Source: Isurus oxyrinchus (Eukaryota). Taken from it: a stretch of DNA of 64,000 nt. Made by a program: the position numbers and the translations under genes. This document shows positions 49,660 through 60,860 of this stretch, in pieces; the first letter of the stretch is position 1; each line of letters opens with the position of its first letter. The notes beneath the pieces were generated by a model. That model saw nothing but the letters and a program-made list of their open reading frames with translations, was not told the origin of the DNA and did no database searches. Location: assembly GCA_026770705.1 (NCBI GenBank), contig JANJGN010000011.1:21452001-21516000 (forward strand), written 5' to 3'.

Positions 49660-51181
49660 TTAGTCGCTTACCAAACCTGTTGTCTCTGAGAGTTCCTTCA
49701 TGCCCGTGGTGTGCTCAAATTGCTTCACTTGGGATGGGCTGAGGAAAGTGTCCTGAACCTCCCCATTCGAGATGTTCTGCTCAGGTGGCATCTGGGGGTC
49801 CGTGCAGAGAGCGGGGTTTGAAATGTCCTCTGTTGAAGAAGCTTCTCCAATCCTCTCCCCCTCTGGGGTGTTGCTGCTCCCGGCTTCCCGGAGCTGGGGT
49901 GCGCTGAGCGCCTCACTGTTCCCAGATTCCTGGGGTTGTGGTGCACTGGCCTCTTCAGGTTGTGGGCCAAGTTGGGGTGCGCTGGTCTCCTCATTGTCTC
50001 CAATGTTCTGGAGCTTGGGCGTCTCATCCTCCAACTCCCTAGCGTTTTGCCGCTTCTTCTGTTGGTGCCACCCTGGCCCTTCTTCGTCCGAAGAGCTGCT
50101 GCTCTTGTTATCCGTGTCGGATAGGAGACGCCTCTTGCCTCTTGTCTGGGAAGTGGCTTGGTTTCTTTTTAGCCCCTTCTTCCTTTTGGCTCTTTTCACC
50201 AGCTGCCACTCCCCCTGCTGCTTTCCCACTGCTGCCTCCTCCTCCTCCGTTGATTCGCTCTCCTGAGGAGTGGGAGGTTCAGGGGGCAGTGCTGTTGGTT
50301 GGCCGTCTGTTGCCCCAATCTTTTCCTCCACCTTGTCTCTCTCTGTGTCCTCCTTTGTCCCGTTGTTCTCCCTGGGGGCCTTGGTAGTTGGAGTGACACG
50401 AGGCATTTCTTCTGCTTCCCCCTCGTTGGCTTTGGCTGCCTGTGCATAAGTACGGCAACGTTTGGGGCAGGTCTTGTAGAGGTGACTTGCCTCGCCACAC
50501 AGGTTGCAGCACTTAGCCTGTCTACAGTCTTTTGTCTGGTGCCCTTCCTGTTTGCAGTTCTTGCAGAGGACGGCGCTGCAATTGGCCGCCACATGACGAG
50601 ACTTGCTGCATGAGCGACAAAGTTTGGGTTGCCCAGCTTAGGCAAGGTAACCACGGCTTCCCCCGATAGTGAATCTGGAAGGGGGGTGGAAAACGGCTCC
50701 CTTACCATCGGTCTTGAGCGTTACCTTAACCTGGCATTTACATGTCCAGATCCCCAAATCATCTCTAACCGCGGTGCAGCTCCCAACCTTATGGAAGTAC
50801 CTGGTAAGGAAGGTGAGCACGTCAGCGACAGGGACGTAGGGGTTGTACATTTGCACCGTCGCAACCCGTTCTCATTGCAACGGCAGAGCAAAGAGCGGCT
50901 CTGTCGTCAGGATCTTCATTTCTGACAGGTCTTTCTTTTCCTCAAACACCTTCAGGAGTTTGACACAAGCTGCCACTTGCTTGAAAGTCACATCAAAAAA
51001 ATCCAGTGCTGGGGAAATCCTGTAGGCAGTAGATCTCCGCAGCCTCGAAATCACACAGCTTGAATAGGATCCTCTTGGTGAAGAAGGTCCTATCCATTCC
51101 TGTTCCTTGCTCGCTGCCCTTCACCATTACTCGGATGGTGTTAGGTACCCCATGGTAAGGGGTTTGACTGGTTATAGCCAT
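49660..51181 (-). pseudogene. Tx1 ORF1 (gag-like, CCHC knuckles), frameshifted
   Basis: ATG at 51181 (MAITSQTPYHG), FFDVTF, MYNPYVP, three knuckles including CKNCKQEGHQTKDC and CNLCGEASHLYKTC, and a low-complexity tail. Confidence 0.85.
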
Positions 51182-51204
51182 TGCTCTTTCCCTGGCAGAA
51201 ACAC

Positions 51205-51232
51205 GATGAAGGTCTCTCCCCTGCCAGGTAAG
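51205..51232 (-). other. U1 snRNA 5'-end-derived sequence forming the head of the Tx1 element
   Basis: The minus strand reads CTTACCTGGCAGGGGAGAGACCTTCATC versus recalled vertebrate U1 (ATA)CTTACCTGGCAGGGGAGATACCATGATC: 18 contiguous matches, 25/28 overall. Confidence 0.8.
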
Positions 51233-51639
51233 GAATGCATAAAATACAGCTATATTAGCAATCAGTGAATATGGATCGATTGGGGTCTTTATTGGTTCTG
51301 TGTCACTGAATATGTACAGATGCACAGCTATATAATTTACCTTAAAACAAAATTTCATTAACTATACTGAACTATACGGTGCATATTCTGTTATCCTGTG
51401 CTTCCAGCATCATTTGTCCCTGGCTCTCTCATGATGCTCTCTTTTCTACCTACTGTAATTATGCACACTTGCCTGGCCTAACATGATGATTGGAACAAAA
51501 AAAGTCTTACTGTAATCTTGCTCAGCTTTCCTGTGGCCTTATCTGTTGTACTGTGTCACGTTCTGTAGTAGGTTCTGCATAGTTGCGCTTTCATCTTTGA
51601 GGGTTACATTTCAATATTTGGCAACAAACCAATATAAAT

Positions 51640-52445
51640 CAAGGCAGACAAGTAACATTCACACCACACAAATGCCAGACAATGACCATCTCCAACAAGA
51701 GAGAATCTAACGATCTCCCCATGACATTTAGTGGGGGACTCAGTGATGGTAATGCCATTATCAACATCTTGAGGATTACCATTGATTAGAAACTTAACGG
51801 GACCAGCCATATAAATACTGTGACTGCAAGAGCAGGTCAGAGGCTGGGAATTCTGCGGCGAGTAACTCATCTCCTGACTCTCCAAAACCTGTCCTCCATC
51901 TAAAAGGCACATGTCAGGAGTGCGATGGAATGCTCTCCATTTGCTTGGATGAGTGTGGCTCCAACAAAACTCAAAGTACCTGCCACCTCGAGGACAAAGC
52001 AGTCTGCTAGATTAGAACCCCATCCACCACCTTGAATATTCACTCCCTCCATTACCGACACACAGTGGCAGCAGTGTGTACCATATAGAAGATGCAGTGC
52101 AGCAACATGCCAAGTCTCCTTCAACAGTAAAACCCACAAATCTGCAACCTCTACTTTCAAGAAGGACAATAAAAGGACAAGGACATCAAATGCATGGGAA
52201 CACCACCACGTGTAAGTTCCCCTCCAAGTCACACTCCATTCTGACTTGGAATTATATCGCCGTTCCTTCACTGTCACTAGGTCAAAATCCTGGAACTCCC
52301 TTCCTAACAGCACGGTGGGAGTACCTATGCCAGATGAACTGCAGTGGTTCAAGAAAGTGGCTCACCACCATCTTCCCAAGGGAAACTGGGATGGGCAAAA
52401 AACACTGGCCTTATCAGCAATGCCAATATCCTAAAAAAACAAATG
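51640..52445 (+). mobile_element. Family A CR1-group LINE 3' fragment
   Basis: Colinear with 618-1128 and the reverse complement of 54705-55500. Confidence 0.8.
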
Positions 52446-52580
52446 AAATGAAAGACAGAGAGACTCACTATGCACCGTTGTTTTCTGGGTGTTAACCTTT
52501 CTGTTTCTGTCTGAAAAAGCTTGTTAACAGGGATTTGAGTTGGGGAGAGGTCTGGAGTGCTTATGTGAAATATTCTTATT

Positions 52581-53742
52581 GTAACTCTTTCAAGTACAAA
52601 CACGTTTCTATCTGTTTCAGATGAAGTTACATTGTTTCATAGTTTTGCCATTGTGAGATTTGAACTCTTGAGGTTACAAACCCAGTACCATAACCACTTG
52701 GCCATTTAGGCCAAGCTATACTCTTATTGTAACTCTTTTGAGTACAAACCCGTTTCCATCTGTTTATTCAGATGAAGTTACATTGTTTCATAGTTTGCCA
52801 TTGTGAGATTTGAACTCTTGATACTCTTTCGAGCACAAACCCGTTTCCATCTGTTTCAGATGAAGTTACATTGTTTCATAGTTTGCCAGTGCAAGAGTTG
52901 AACTCTTGATCTTGGGGTTACAAACCCAGTACCATAACCACTTGGCTATTTAGGCCAAGCCAAGAAGTTATATTGTTTCATGTATGTAACTCTTTCAAGT
53001 ACAAACACGTTTCCATCTGTTCCTATTCAGATGAAGTTACATTGTTTCATAGTTTGCCATTGTGAGATTTGAACTCTTGATTTCTTTCGAGTACAAACCC
53101 GTTTCCATCTGTTTCAGATGAAGTTACATTGTTTCATAGTTTGCCATTGTGAGATTTGAACTCTTGATCTTGGGGCTACAAACCCAGTACCATAACCACT
53201 TGGCTATTTAGGCCAAGCTATACTCTTATTGTAACTCTTTTGAGTCCATTGTGAGGTTTGAACTCTTGATGGTAACTCTTTCAAGTACAAAGCCGTTTCC
53301 ATCTGTTTCAGATGAAGTTACATTGTTTCATAGTTTGCCATTGTGAGATTTGAACTCTTGATACTCTTTCGAGCACAAACCCATTTCCATCTGTTTCAGA
53401 TGAAGTTACATTGTTTCATAGTTTGCCATTGTGAGATTTGAACTCTTGATACTCTTTTGAGCACAAACCCATTTCCATCTGTTTCAGATGAAGTTACATT
53501 GTTTCATAGTTTGCCATTGTGAGATTTGAACTCTCGATCTTGGGCTTACAAGCCCAGTACCATAACCAACTTGGCTATTTAGGCCAAGCTATACTCTTAT
53601 TGTAACTCTTTCCAGTACAAACCCATTTCCATCTGTTTCAGATGAAGTTACATTGTTTCATAGTTTGCCAGTGTGAGATTTGAACTCTGGATCTTGGGGT
53701 TACAAACCCAGTACCATAACCACTTGGCTATTTAGGCCAAGC
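52581..53742 (-). repeat. Head-to-tail array of 10 units of a ~141-bp tRNA(Thr)-like SINE
   Basis: Units start (plus coordinates) at 52581, 52729, 52823, 52986, 53082, 53231, 53272, 53363, 53451 and 53602. The minus-strand head TAGCCAAGTGG..TTTGTAA..AGATC..GAGTTCAAATC carries A- and B-box-like motifs. Confidence 0.85.
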
Positions 53743-54084
53743 TATACTCTTATTGTAGCTGCCTCAGTTATTAAATCACTAATTAGCTCTAATTATTCAT
53801 CAATTTGAGGGTTGACTTCTCTAAGGCTTTTATTGACCATCTCCACCTCATAGATCCTCATTCTCAGCTGCAAACCCATTCCTGGATTCATTACATCTAA
53901 TGAAGCGATCTCCTCCAGACATAAACTCCTGCTTACACTCTTGTGTGTGATTAGATGACTTCTTTGTGATCTCTGGATGATTATTGGAGGACAATCATTC
54001 AATCACTATGCCCCTAGTTTCTGAAATGCTCTGAAAACAGTTTCTCTTACTAACTCACTCCCTGCTGGACTTGGTTCCCTAGAA

Positions 54085-54550
54085 TAATACAGCAGAGGAG
54101 TCCATTTGGTGCACTATTCCTGTGCTGGCTCTGTGAAAGAGCTGCCCAATTAATCCCAATGCCCTACCCTTTTCTCATTGCCGCGCTAAATTTCCCCCCT
54201 CACATATTTATCCAATTCCCTTTTGAAAGTTAATATTAAGTCAGCTTCCACCAACCTTTCAGGCAGCGCATTCCAGATCATGACAACTTGCTGTGTAAAA
54301 ATAATCCTCCTCACCTCCCCTCTGGTTCTTTTGTCAATTAACTTAAATCTGTGTCCTCTGGTTAATGCTGCATAAGAGTTTCCGCTTATTTACTCTATCA
54401 AAATCTTTACTGGTGTTGAACAGCTTTATTAAATTTCCCCTTAACCTTCTTTGCCCTAAGGAGATCAATCCCAATTTCTCTACTTTTTCCACATAACTGA
54501 AGTCCCTCATCCTTCATTCCATTTAATGAAGCTTTTCTGCGCCCTCTCTA
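54085..54550 (-). mobile_element. CR1 LINE 3' end
   Basis: Minus strand FYTASCHDLECAA/IWNALP region and a CR1 tail. Similar to 33915-34330. Confidence 0.7.
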
Positions 54551-54704
54551 AGGCAGTGTTATGTCTGATAGTGAGCTGAGCTTCAAATCTAACATCTAAT
54601 ATATTTCATGCTCTCCATTATCCAGAAAAAGTCTTCAGCCACTTTTTTGTCAAACATTGGAATCTCTTTTTAAGCCACTCTGCCTTACAGCAACTCACCC
54701 AACA

Positions 54705-56560
54705 TTTTTTTTCATTCACAGGGTGTGGATGTCGCTGGCTGGGCCCAGCATCTATTCCCCATCCCCAATTGCCCTTGAGAAGGTGGTAGTGAGCTGCCTT
54801 GTTGAACCGCTGCAGTCCATGTGGTGTAGGAACACCCAAAACGCTATTAGAAAGGGGTTTCCAGGATTTTGACCCAGTGACAGTGAAGGAACAGCGATAT
54901 ATTCCCAAGCCAGGGTGGCATCTGGCTTGGAAGGGAACATGCAGGTGGTGTTCCCATGCATCTGCTGCCCTTGTTCATTGAGGTGGTTGAGGTCGTGGGT
55001 TTGGGGAAGCTGCTGTTGAAGGAGCCTTGGTGAGTTACCGCAGTGCATCTTGTAAATGGCACACATTGTGCCACTGTGCATCAGTGGTGGAGGGAGTGAA
55101 TGCTTAAGTTAGTGGATGGGGTGTCAGTCAAGTGGGCTGCTTTGTCCTGAATGGTGTCCAGCTTCGAGTGTTGTTGGAGCTGCACTCATCCAGGCGAGTA
55201 TTCCTTCACACTCCTGACTTGTGCCTTGTAGATGGTGGACAGGCTTTCGGGAGTCAGGAGGCGAGTTATTCACCACAGGATTCCTAGCCACTGACCTGCT
55301 CTTGCAGCCACAGTATTTACATGGCTAATCCTGTTCAGTTTCTGGTCAATGGTAACCCCAAGAATATTGATAGGGGGGGATTCAGTGATGGCAATGCCAT
55401 TGAATGTCAAGGGGAGATGGTTAGATTCTCTTGTGTTGGAGAAGGTCATTACCAGGCACATGTGTGACACAAATGTTACTTGCCACTTATCAGACCAAGC
55501 CTGGATATTGTCCAGGTCTTGCTGCATTTGGGCATGGAATACTTTAGTACCTGATGCTCACGAATGGTGCTGAACATTGTGCAATCATCAGCGAACATCT
55601 CCACTTTGACCTTAGACTGGAGGGAAGGTCATTGATGAAGCAGCTGAAAATGGTTGGGCCTAGAACACTACCCTGAGGATCTTCTGCAGCAATATCCCAG
55701 GACTGAGATGATTAATCTGCAAAAACCGGAATCATCTTCCATTGTGCTCGGTATGACTCCAAACAGCGGTGTGTTTTCCCCCTTATTCCCATTGACTCCA
55801 GTTTTGCTGGGGCTCCTTGATGCTACACTGGATCAAATGCTGCCTTGATGTCAAGGGCAGTCACTCTCACCTCACCTTGGGTATTCAGCTCTTTTGTACA
55901 TGTTTGGACCAAGGCTGCATTGCGGTCAGGAGCTGAGTGGCCCTGGCAGAACTCATACTGAGCGTCAGTGAGCAGATTATTGCTGAGTAAGTGCCGCTTG
56001 ATAGCACTGCCGATGACTCCTTCCATCACTTTACTGATGATCAATAGTAGGCTGATGGAGCGGTAATTGGTTGGGTTGTTTTTGTCCTGCTTTTTGTGTA
56101 CAGGACATACCTGGGCAATTTTCCCCATAGATGCCAGTGTTGCAGCTGTACTGGAACAGCTTGGCTAAGGGTATAGCTAAGTTCTGGAGCACAAGTTTTC
56201 AGTACAGTTGCCAGAATATTGTCAGGGCCCATGGTCTTAGCAATATCCAATGCCTTCTGCCATTTCTTGATATCATGTGGTGTGAATCAAATTTGCTGAA
56301 GACTGGCATCTGTCATATTAATGGGTCCTCAGTAGGAGGCTGACATGGATAATCCACCTGGCACTTCTGGCTGAAGATGGCTGCAAATGTTTCAGCCTTG
56401 TCTTTTTCACTGATGTGCTGGCTCTCCCATCATTGAGGATGGGGGTATTTGTGGAGCCTCCTCCTCCAGTTAGTTGTTTAATTGTTCACCACCATTCATG
56501 AATATAGTGTCAGGGCTGTAAAGTTTAGATCTGATCTGCTGGTTGAAGTATTGCTCAGTT
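54705..56560 (-). mobile_element. Family A CR1-group LINE, RT-containing 3' portion, decayed
   Basis: GPDNI, YRSISLLLIISKVME, ALDIKAAFD, QGSVLGP, MFADD and QQDLDNIQAWSDKWQVTF in order, with an A tail at about 54706. Confidence 0.88.
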
Positions 56561-57914
56561 CTGTCTCTTCAGAAGCCACCTTCTTTTGGGCCCCCTCCAA
56601 TTTGTGAAGTTCTCAGGTGCGTAATCACCACTCTAAAACTGCTTTATAAGCGAGAGATGCACCCATGACAAATTGAATAATGACAAACTATTCCAATAAA
56701 AAGAACCATCCACAACCCATCTTTCAACAACTACTATATGTAAAAGAAAAAAAAAATCAGGTTAATGTTTTGGTGTAACCGTGCATTAGAATTACTGAAA
56801 GATTGTGCCCAAAATATTATTTTGTCTTGGCTCCTTTCAGATGCTGACTTGATCGGTGTGTTTCCAGCATGTTCTATTTTAATAGCAGGAAAATAGTTTT
56901 GTGTGCATATTTGATCCTGGCTACTTTAAGGCTTTTCTCAGTGAATTTTTGTTCAGTGATGAAGAAGCATTTGGTAAAGGAGGAAGTTTAGAGATTTGAA
57001 TCAAGATGTTGTTTATGCACTGACAGTGCCAAAGCAGCACTGCTGCCATTTCTATAGTGGTGCTAACAGGTACCAACACAGTTCTATTGCTGGTTCACAG
57101 GACCACAGTAAGGCCTGGACCAGGAGGGACAGAAAGCAATGCAGGCAGAGCTCCATCAATGCACAGAACAAAATCCGTTGTGAAATTATTCTCCCAAATT
57201 GTTAATGTCGTGATGAGTCTAGCAACGTTAGTACTGTACTGAACCTGGACTGAACCTCTGTCATGGACACTGCAAATATAGCATATAATGATATGGTTGG
57301 AATAGTTACAGACACAAATGAAGTAGGAGAGTGCTTCACCATCTTATAACCGAAAGCAATGCCTCAGCAAAGCTATCTTTGCACTTGATATTGAGGGGTA
57401 AAATTGTAAAGCCAAATGGGAATCCTTGTTATGATGCTTGCAAGGGATAATTTATTGTACCATGTGCAAAATTGAGAAGAAATTAATTAGAATTTGGTAA
57501 ATTAAATCGGCTGGGTGCAATTTTGATTGACAAGCATAGCTGCTCATTAACTGATATTCATTTACTTGTAGAAAACTATGGAAAAATCTTCCCTCATGTT
57601 TAAAGGTTCACCAACAAAGCAAGATATTTTATTCTTAAGATAATTCAGGCTGGCTTGGGGGGGTCAAAGCTGGCAGTAGTTCCAGAAAATAGAAATAACG
57701 AGAAGCGATCGCGTTGAAATACATATAATTCTCAGAGGGCTTAACAGCATAATTGCCGAGAGGCTGTTTCCCGCCAGCTGTAAAATCTAGAACTAGCCCC
57801 CACAATCTCATGAAGAGGGATCATCAATTTAGACTGAGATGAGGAGGAACTTCTTTACTCAAGACAGCTGCGAACCTTTTGGAATTATCTATCCTGCAGG
57901 GCTGCAGACTCTCG

Positions 57915-58750
57915 GGCCTGAATTTTTTTGCAGATGGAGAGGTTCTCCTTTGTAGCGAAAATGGCACTGAAGGCCTGAATGTGGAAGACCCGACCCCGAA
58001 CCTGGCCCCCATAATCTTTGCAGGTGGGTGGGGAATGGGGGCGAGTTGCACATTGCACATCCGTGGTTCCCAGAGATAGCTGCAGATGTTAAAGTGCAGC
58101 TGCCTTCAGTTAGATCTAATTTTGGCTAGCAGGCTATCCAAAACACAACTTGTTGCACTTTATCAGTAGAAAGTCTAAAGCTAGCTGAGTTCTTTGGAGT
58201 AATGGAGTACTCTTTTGAAGGGCTAGGGTATCCTTTTGGATAGGTCCATATATATATTTTAAAGATGTGAGGTGCCCTTTGGAATTGTTAAAAATATACA
58301 TGAATGTGTGTAAAAATAGATAAGCTCAGTGGAGCTGTGAAGCTCCTTGGAGCTGTCAAGGGAGCAGTCATGGAAGCTAACATGGAAGCTGTCAAGGGAC
58401 TTAAATCTCCTGGCCTTTAAATTAAAAAAAAAATTACCTGCAGGTTAAAAAAATCAGTGCTTGTTATTTCACTCTCTGATGGCATCAGACTGAAGGTTAT
58501 CATTATAAGATTTGTGCTGCATGACTGACTTCATAACCTAGCATTATCATAGCAGGGTGCTGGCCAGTACATAGTTTGATTGACAGCTCCAAGTGGTTAT
58601 AAAGTCTTTGATGAGGGGCTGTGAATTCAAATGCTTGTTGTTGTAAGGGATTAGGTGGTTGAAGGAATTTAAATGTCATGAATAGGGTTTTTATCAATGA
58701 GAAAGTTTATTTTTAAACAGTGAATTCATTAATAGACACTTAGAACTTTA
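57915..58750. mobile_element. MITE-like element, truncated
   Basis: Left end gggcctgaatttttt. Interior homologous to 21790-22580. Confidence 0.55.
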
Positions 58751-58761
58751 GTATTGCTGAT

Positions 58762-58956
58762 AAAAGATATGTTGTCAAAGCTTTTCCTCTTGCACTCATT
58801 AGGACAATTGCAAGAATACCAATGTCGGGGGAAGCAACAACTTTATACTGTATGAGAAGAGAGTGCTGATTGGCTGGCAATGGACTCTGATTGGTAGAGG
58901 CGATGCCACGGAGAATGCACAGGTTAATGGCGATTGACAGTTAATTTCTAAGCATT
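58762..58956 (-). mobile_element. Second Penelope-type terminal repeat (continues at 61318-61378), host of the larger insertion
   Basis: Minus strand TGTC-CTAATGA-GTGCAAGAG-GAAA-AGCT-TT-GACA at 58773-58806 is a decayed minimal hammerhead. Repeated ctgattgg motifs occur on both sides of the insertion. Confidence 0.55.
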
Positions 58957-59054
58957 AATAAAAACAAAAAACTGCGGATGCTGGAAATCCAAAACAAAAA
59001 CAGAATTACCTGGAAAATCTCAGAAGGTCTGGTAGCATCGGCGGAGAAGAAAAG

Positions 59055-59093
59055 AGTTGACATTTCGAGTCCTCATGACCCTTCAACAGAACT
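59055..59093 (-). ncRNA. Minimal type I hammerhead ribozyme-like motif (inverted copy)
   Basis: AGTT-CTGTTGA-A-GGGTC atgag GACTC-GAAA-TGTC-AACT. Confidence 0.55.
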
Positions 59094-59417
59094 AGGTGAA
59101 TCCAAGGAAGGGGTGAAATATAAGCTGGTTTAAGGTGTGGGGGGGGGAAGGTGGGGGTGGGGGGGGGGGGGAGAAGTGGAGGGGGGTGGTGTGGTTGTAG
59201 GGACAAGCAAGCAGTAATGGAAGCAGATCATCAAAAGATGTCAAAGACAACAGAACAAAAGAACACATAGGTGTTGAAGTTGGTGATATATATCTAAACG
59301 AATGTGCTAATTAAGAATGGATGGTTGGGGAATTAAGGTATAGCTCTAGTGGGGGTGGGGGGAGCATAAAAGATTTAAAAATATTTAAAAATAATGGAAA
59401 TAGGTGGGAAAAGAAAA

Positions 59418-60860
59418 TTCCCACCTACATCCGTGATTCCTCTGACACCTTATGTCACATCAACAATTTCCAGTTCCCTGGCCCCAACCGCTTCCTCTTC
59501 ACCATGGACGTCCAATCCCTCTACACCTCCATCCCCCACCAGGATGGTCTGAGGGCCCTTAGCTTCTTCCTCGAACAGAGGCCCAAACAATCCTCGTTCA
59601 CCACTACTCTCCTCCGTCTGGCTGAACTTGTTCTCACGTTGAACTATTTCTCCTTCAACTCCTCTCACTTCCTCCAAATAAAAGGTGTGGCTATGGGTAC
59701 CCACATGGGCCCCAGCTATGCCTGTCTCTTTATGGGGTATGTGGAACATTCCTTGTTCCAGTCCTACTCCGGCCCCCTTCCACCACTCTTTCTCCGGTAC
59801 ATCGATGATTACTTTGGTGCTGCTTCATGCTCTCGTTGGGACTTGGAAAAATTTATTAATTTTGCTTCCAATCTCTACCCCTCCATCATTTTCACGTGGT
59901 CCATCTCTGACACTTCCCTTCCTTGACCTTTCTGTATCAATCTCTGGTGATAGACTGTCCACCAATATCCATTACAAGCCTACCGACTCCCACAGCTACC
60001 TCGACTACAGCTCCTCATACCCCGCTTCTTGTAAGGACTCCATCCCATTCTCTCAGTTCCTTCGCCTCCGTCGCATCTGTTCCGATGATGCTACCTTCAA
60101 AAACAGTTCCTCTGACATGTCCTCCTTACTTAACCGAGGTTTTCCATCCACGGTCGTTGACAGGGCCCTCAACCATGTCCGGCCCATCTCCCGCACATCT
60201 GCCCTCACGCCTTCTCCTCCCTCCCAGAAACATGATAGGGTCCCCCTTGTCCTCACTTATCACCCCACCAGCCTCCGCATTCAAAGGATCATCCTCCGCC
60301 ATTTCCGCCAACTCCAGCATGATGCCACCACCAAACACATCTTCCCTTCACCCCCCTTATCGGCATTCCGTAGGGATCGTTCCTTTCGGGACACCCTGGT
60401 CCACTCCTCCATCACCCCCTACTCCTCAACCCCCACCTATGGCACCACCCCATGCCCACGCAAAAGATGTAACATCTGCCCCTTCACTTCCTCTCTCCTC
60501 ACCGTCCAAGGGCCCAAACACTCCTTTCAAGTGAAGCAGCATTTCACTTGCATTTCCCCCAACTTAGTCTACTGTATTTGTTGCTCCCAATGTGGTTTCC
60601 TCTACATTGGAGAGACCAAACGTAAACTGGGCGACCGCTTTGCAGAACACCTGCGGTCTGTCCACAAGAATGACCGAAACCTCCCTGTCGCTTGCCATTT
60701 TAACACTCCACCCTGCTCTCTTGCCCACATGTCTGTCCTTGGCTTGCTGCATTGTTCCAGTGAAGCCCAACGCAAACTGGAAGAACAACACCTCATCTTC
60801 CAACTAGGCACTTTACAGCCTTCCGGACTGAATATTGTATTCAACAACTTTAGGTCCTGA
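59418..60860 (+). pseudogene. Penelope RT C-terminal half plus GIY-YIG endonuclease, one frameshift near 59920
   Basis: FTMDVQSLYTSIP, GVAMGTHMGPSYA, RYIDDYF, then NLVYCICCSQCGFLYIGETKRKLGDRFAEH...GLN. Confidence 0.92.

Larger units (their letters stand above)
46228..51230 (-). mobile_element. Tx1-clade (L1 superfamily) LINE, both ends present, inactivated
   Basis: 16-bp TSD aggaatgcataaaata (46212-46227 and 51231-51246), poly(A) seen as a T run at 46229-46237, and a two-ORF layout. Confidence 0.92.

Noticed and set aside
51181-51358. Upstream extension of the ORF-track 121-aa ORF, or a true U1 gene
   Set aside because: The extension crosses the TSD into flanking DNA. U1 similarity ends after about 28 nt, with no Sm site or remaining stem-loops.
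53667-53738. Functional tRNA-Thr(TGT) genes
   Set aside because: The acceptor, anticodon and T stems pair poorly, and the motif is embedded in a repeated unit, so it is a SINE-type head.
52581-53742. CRISPR array
   Set aside because: There are no unique spacers and no cas genes, and the context is vertebrate. The units are copies of one tRNA-like element.
56940-57242. Short ORFs after a pyrimidine-rich acceptor-like site
   Set aside because: The frame compatible with OCA2 stops quickly, and no family motif is recognisable.
59685-60860. 391-aa ORF as an intact gene
   Set aside because: Its N-terminus is off-frame sequence. Only the part after about 59920 is the Penelope RT thumb/GIY-YIG of a truncated copy.
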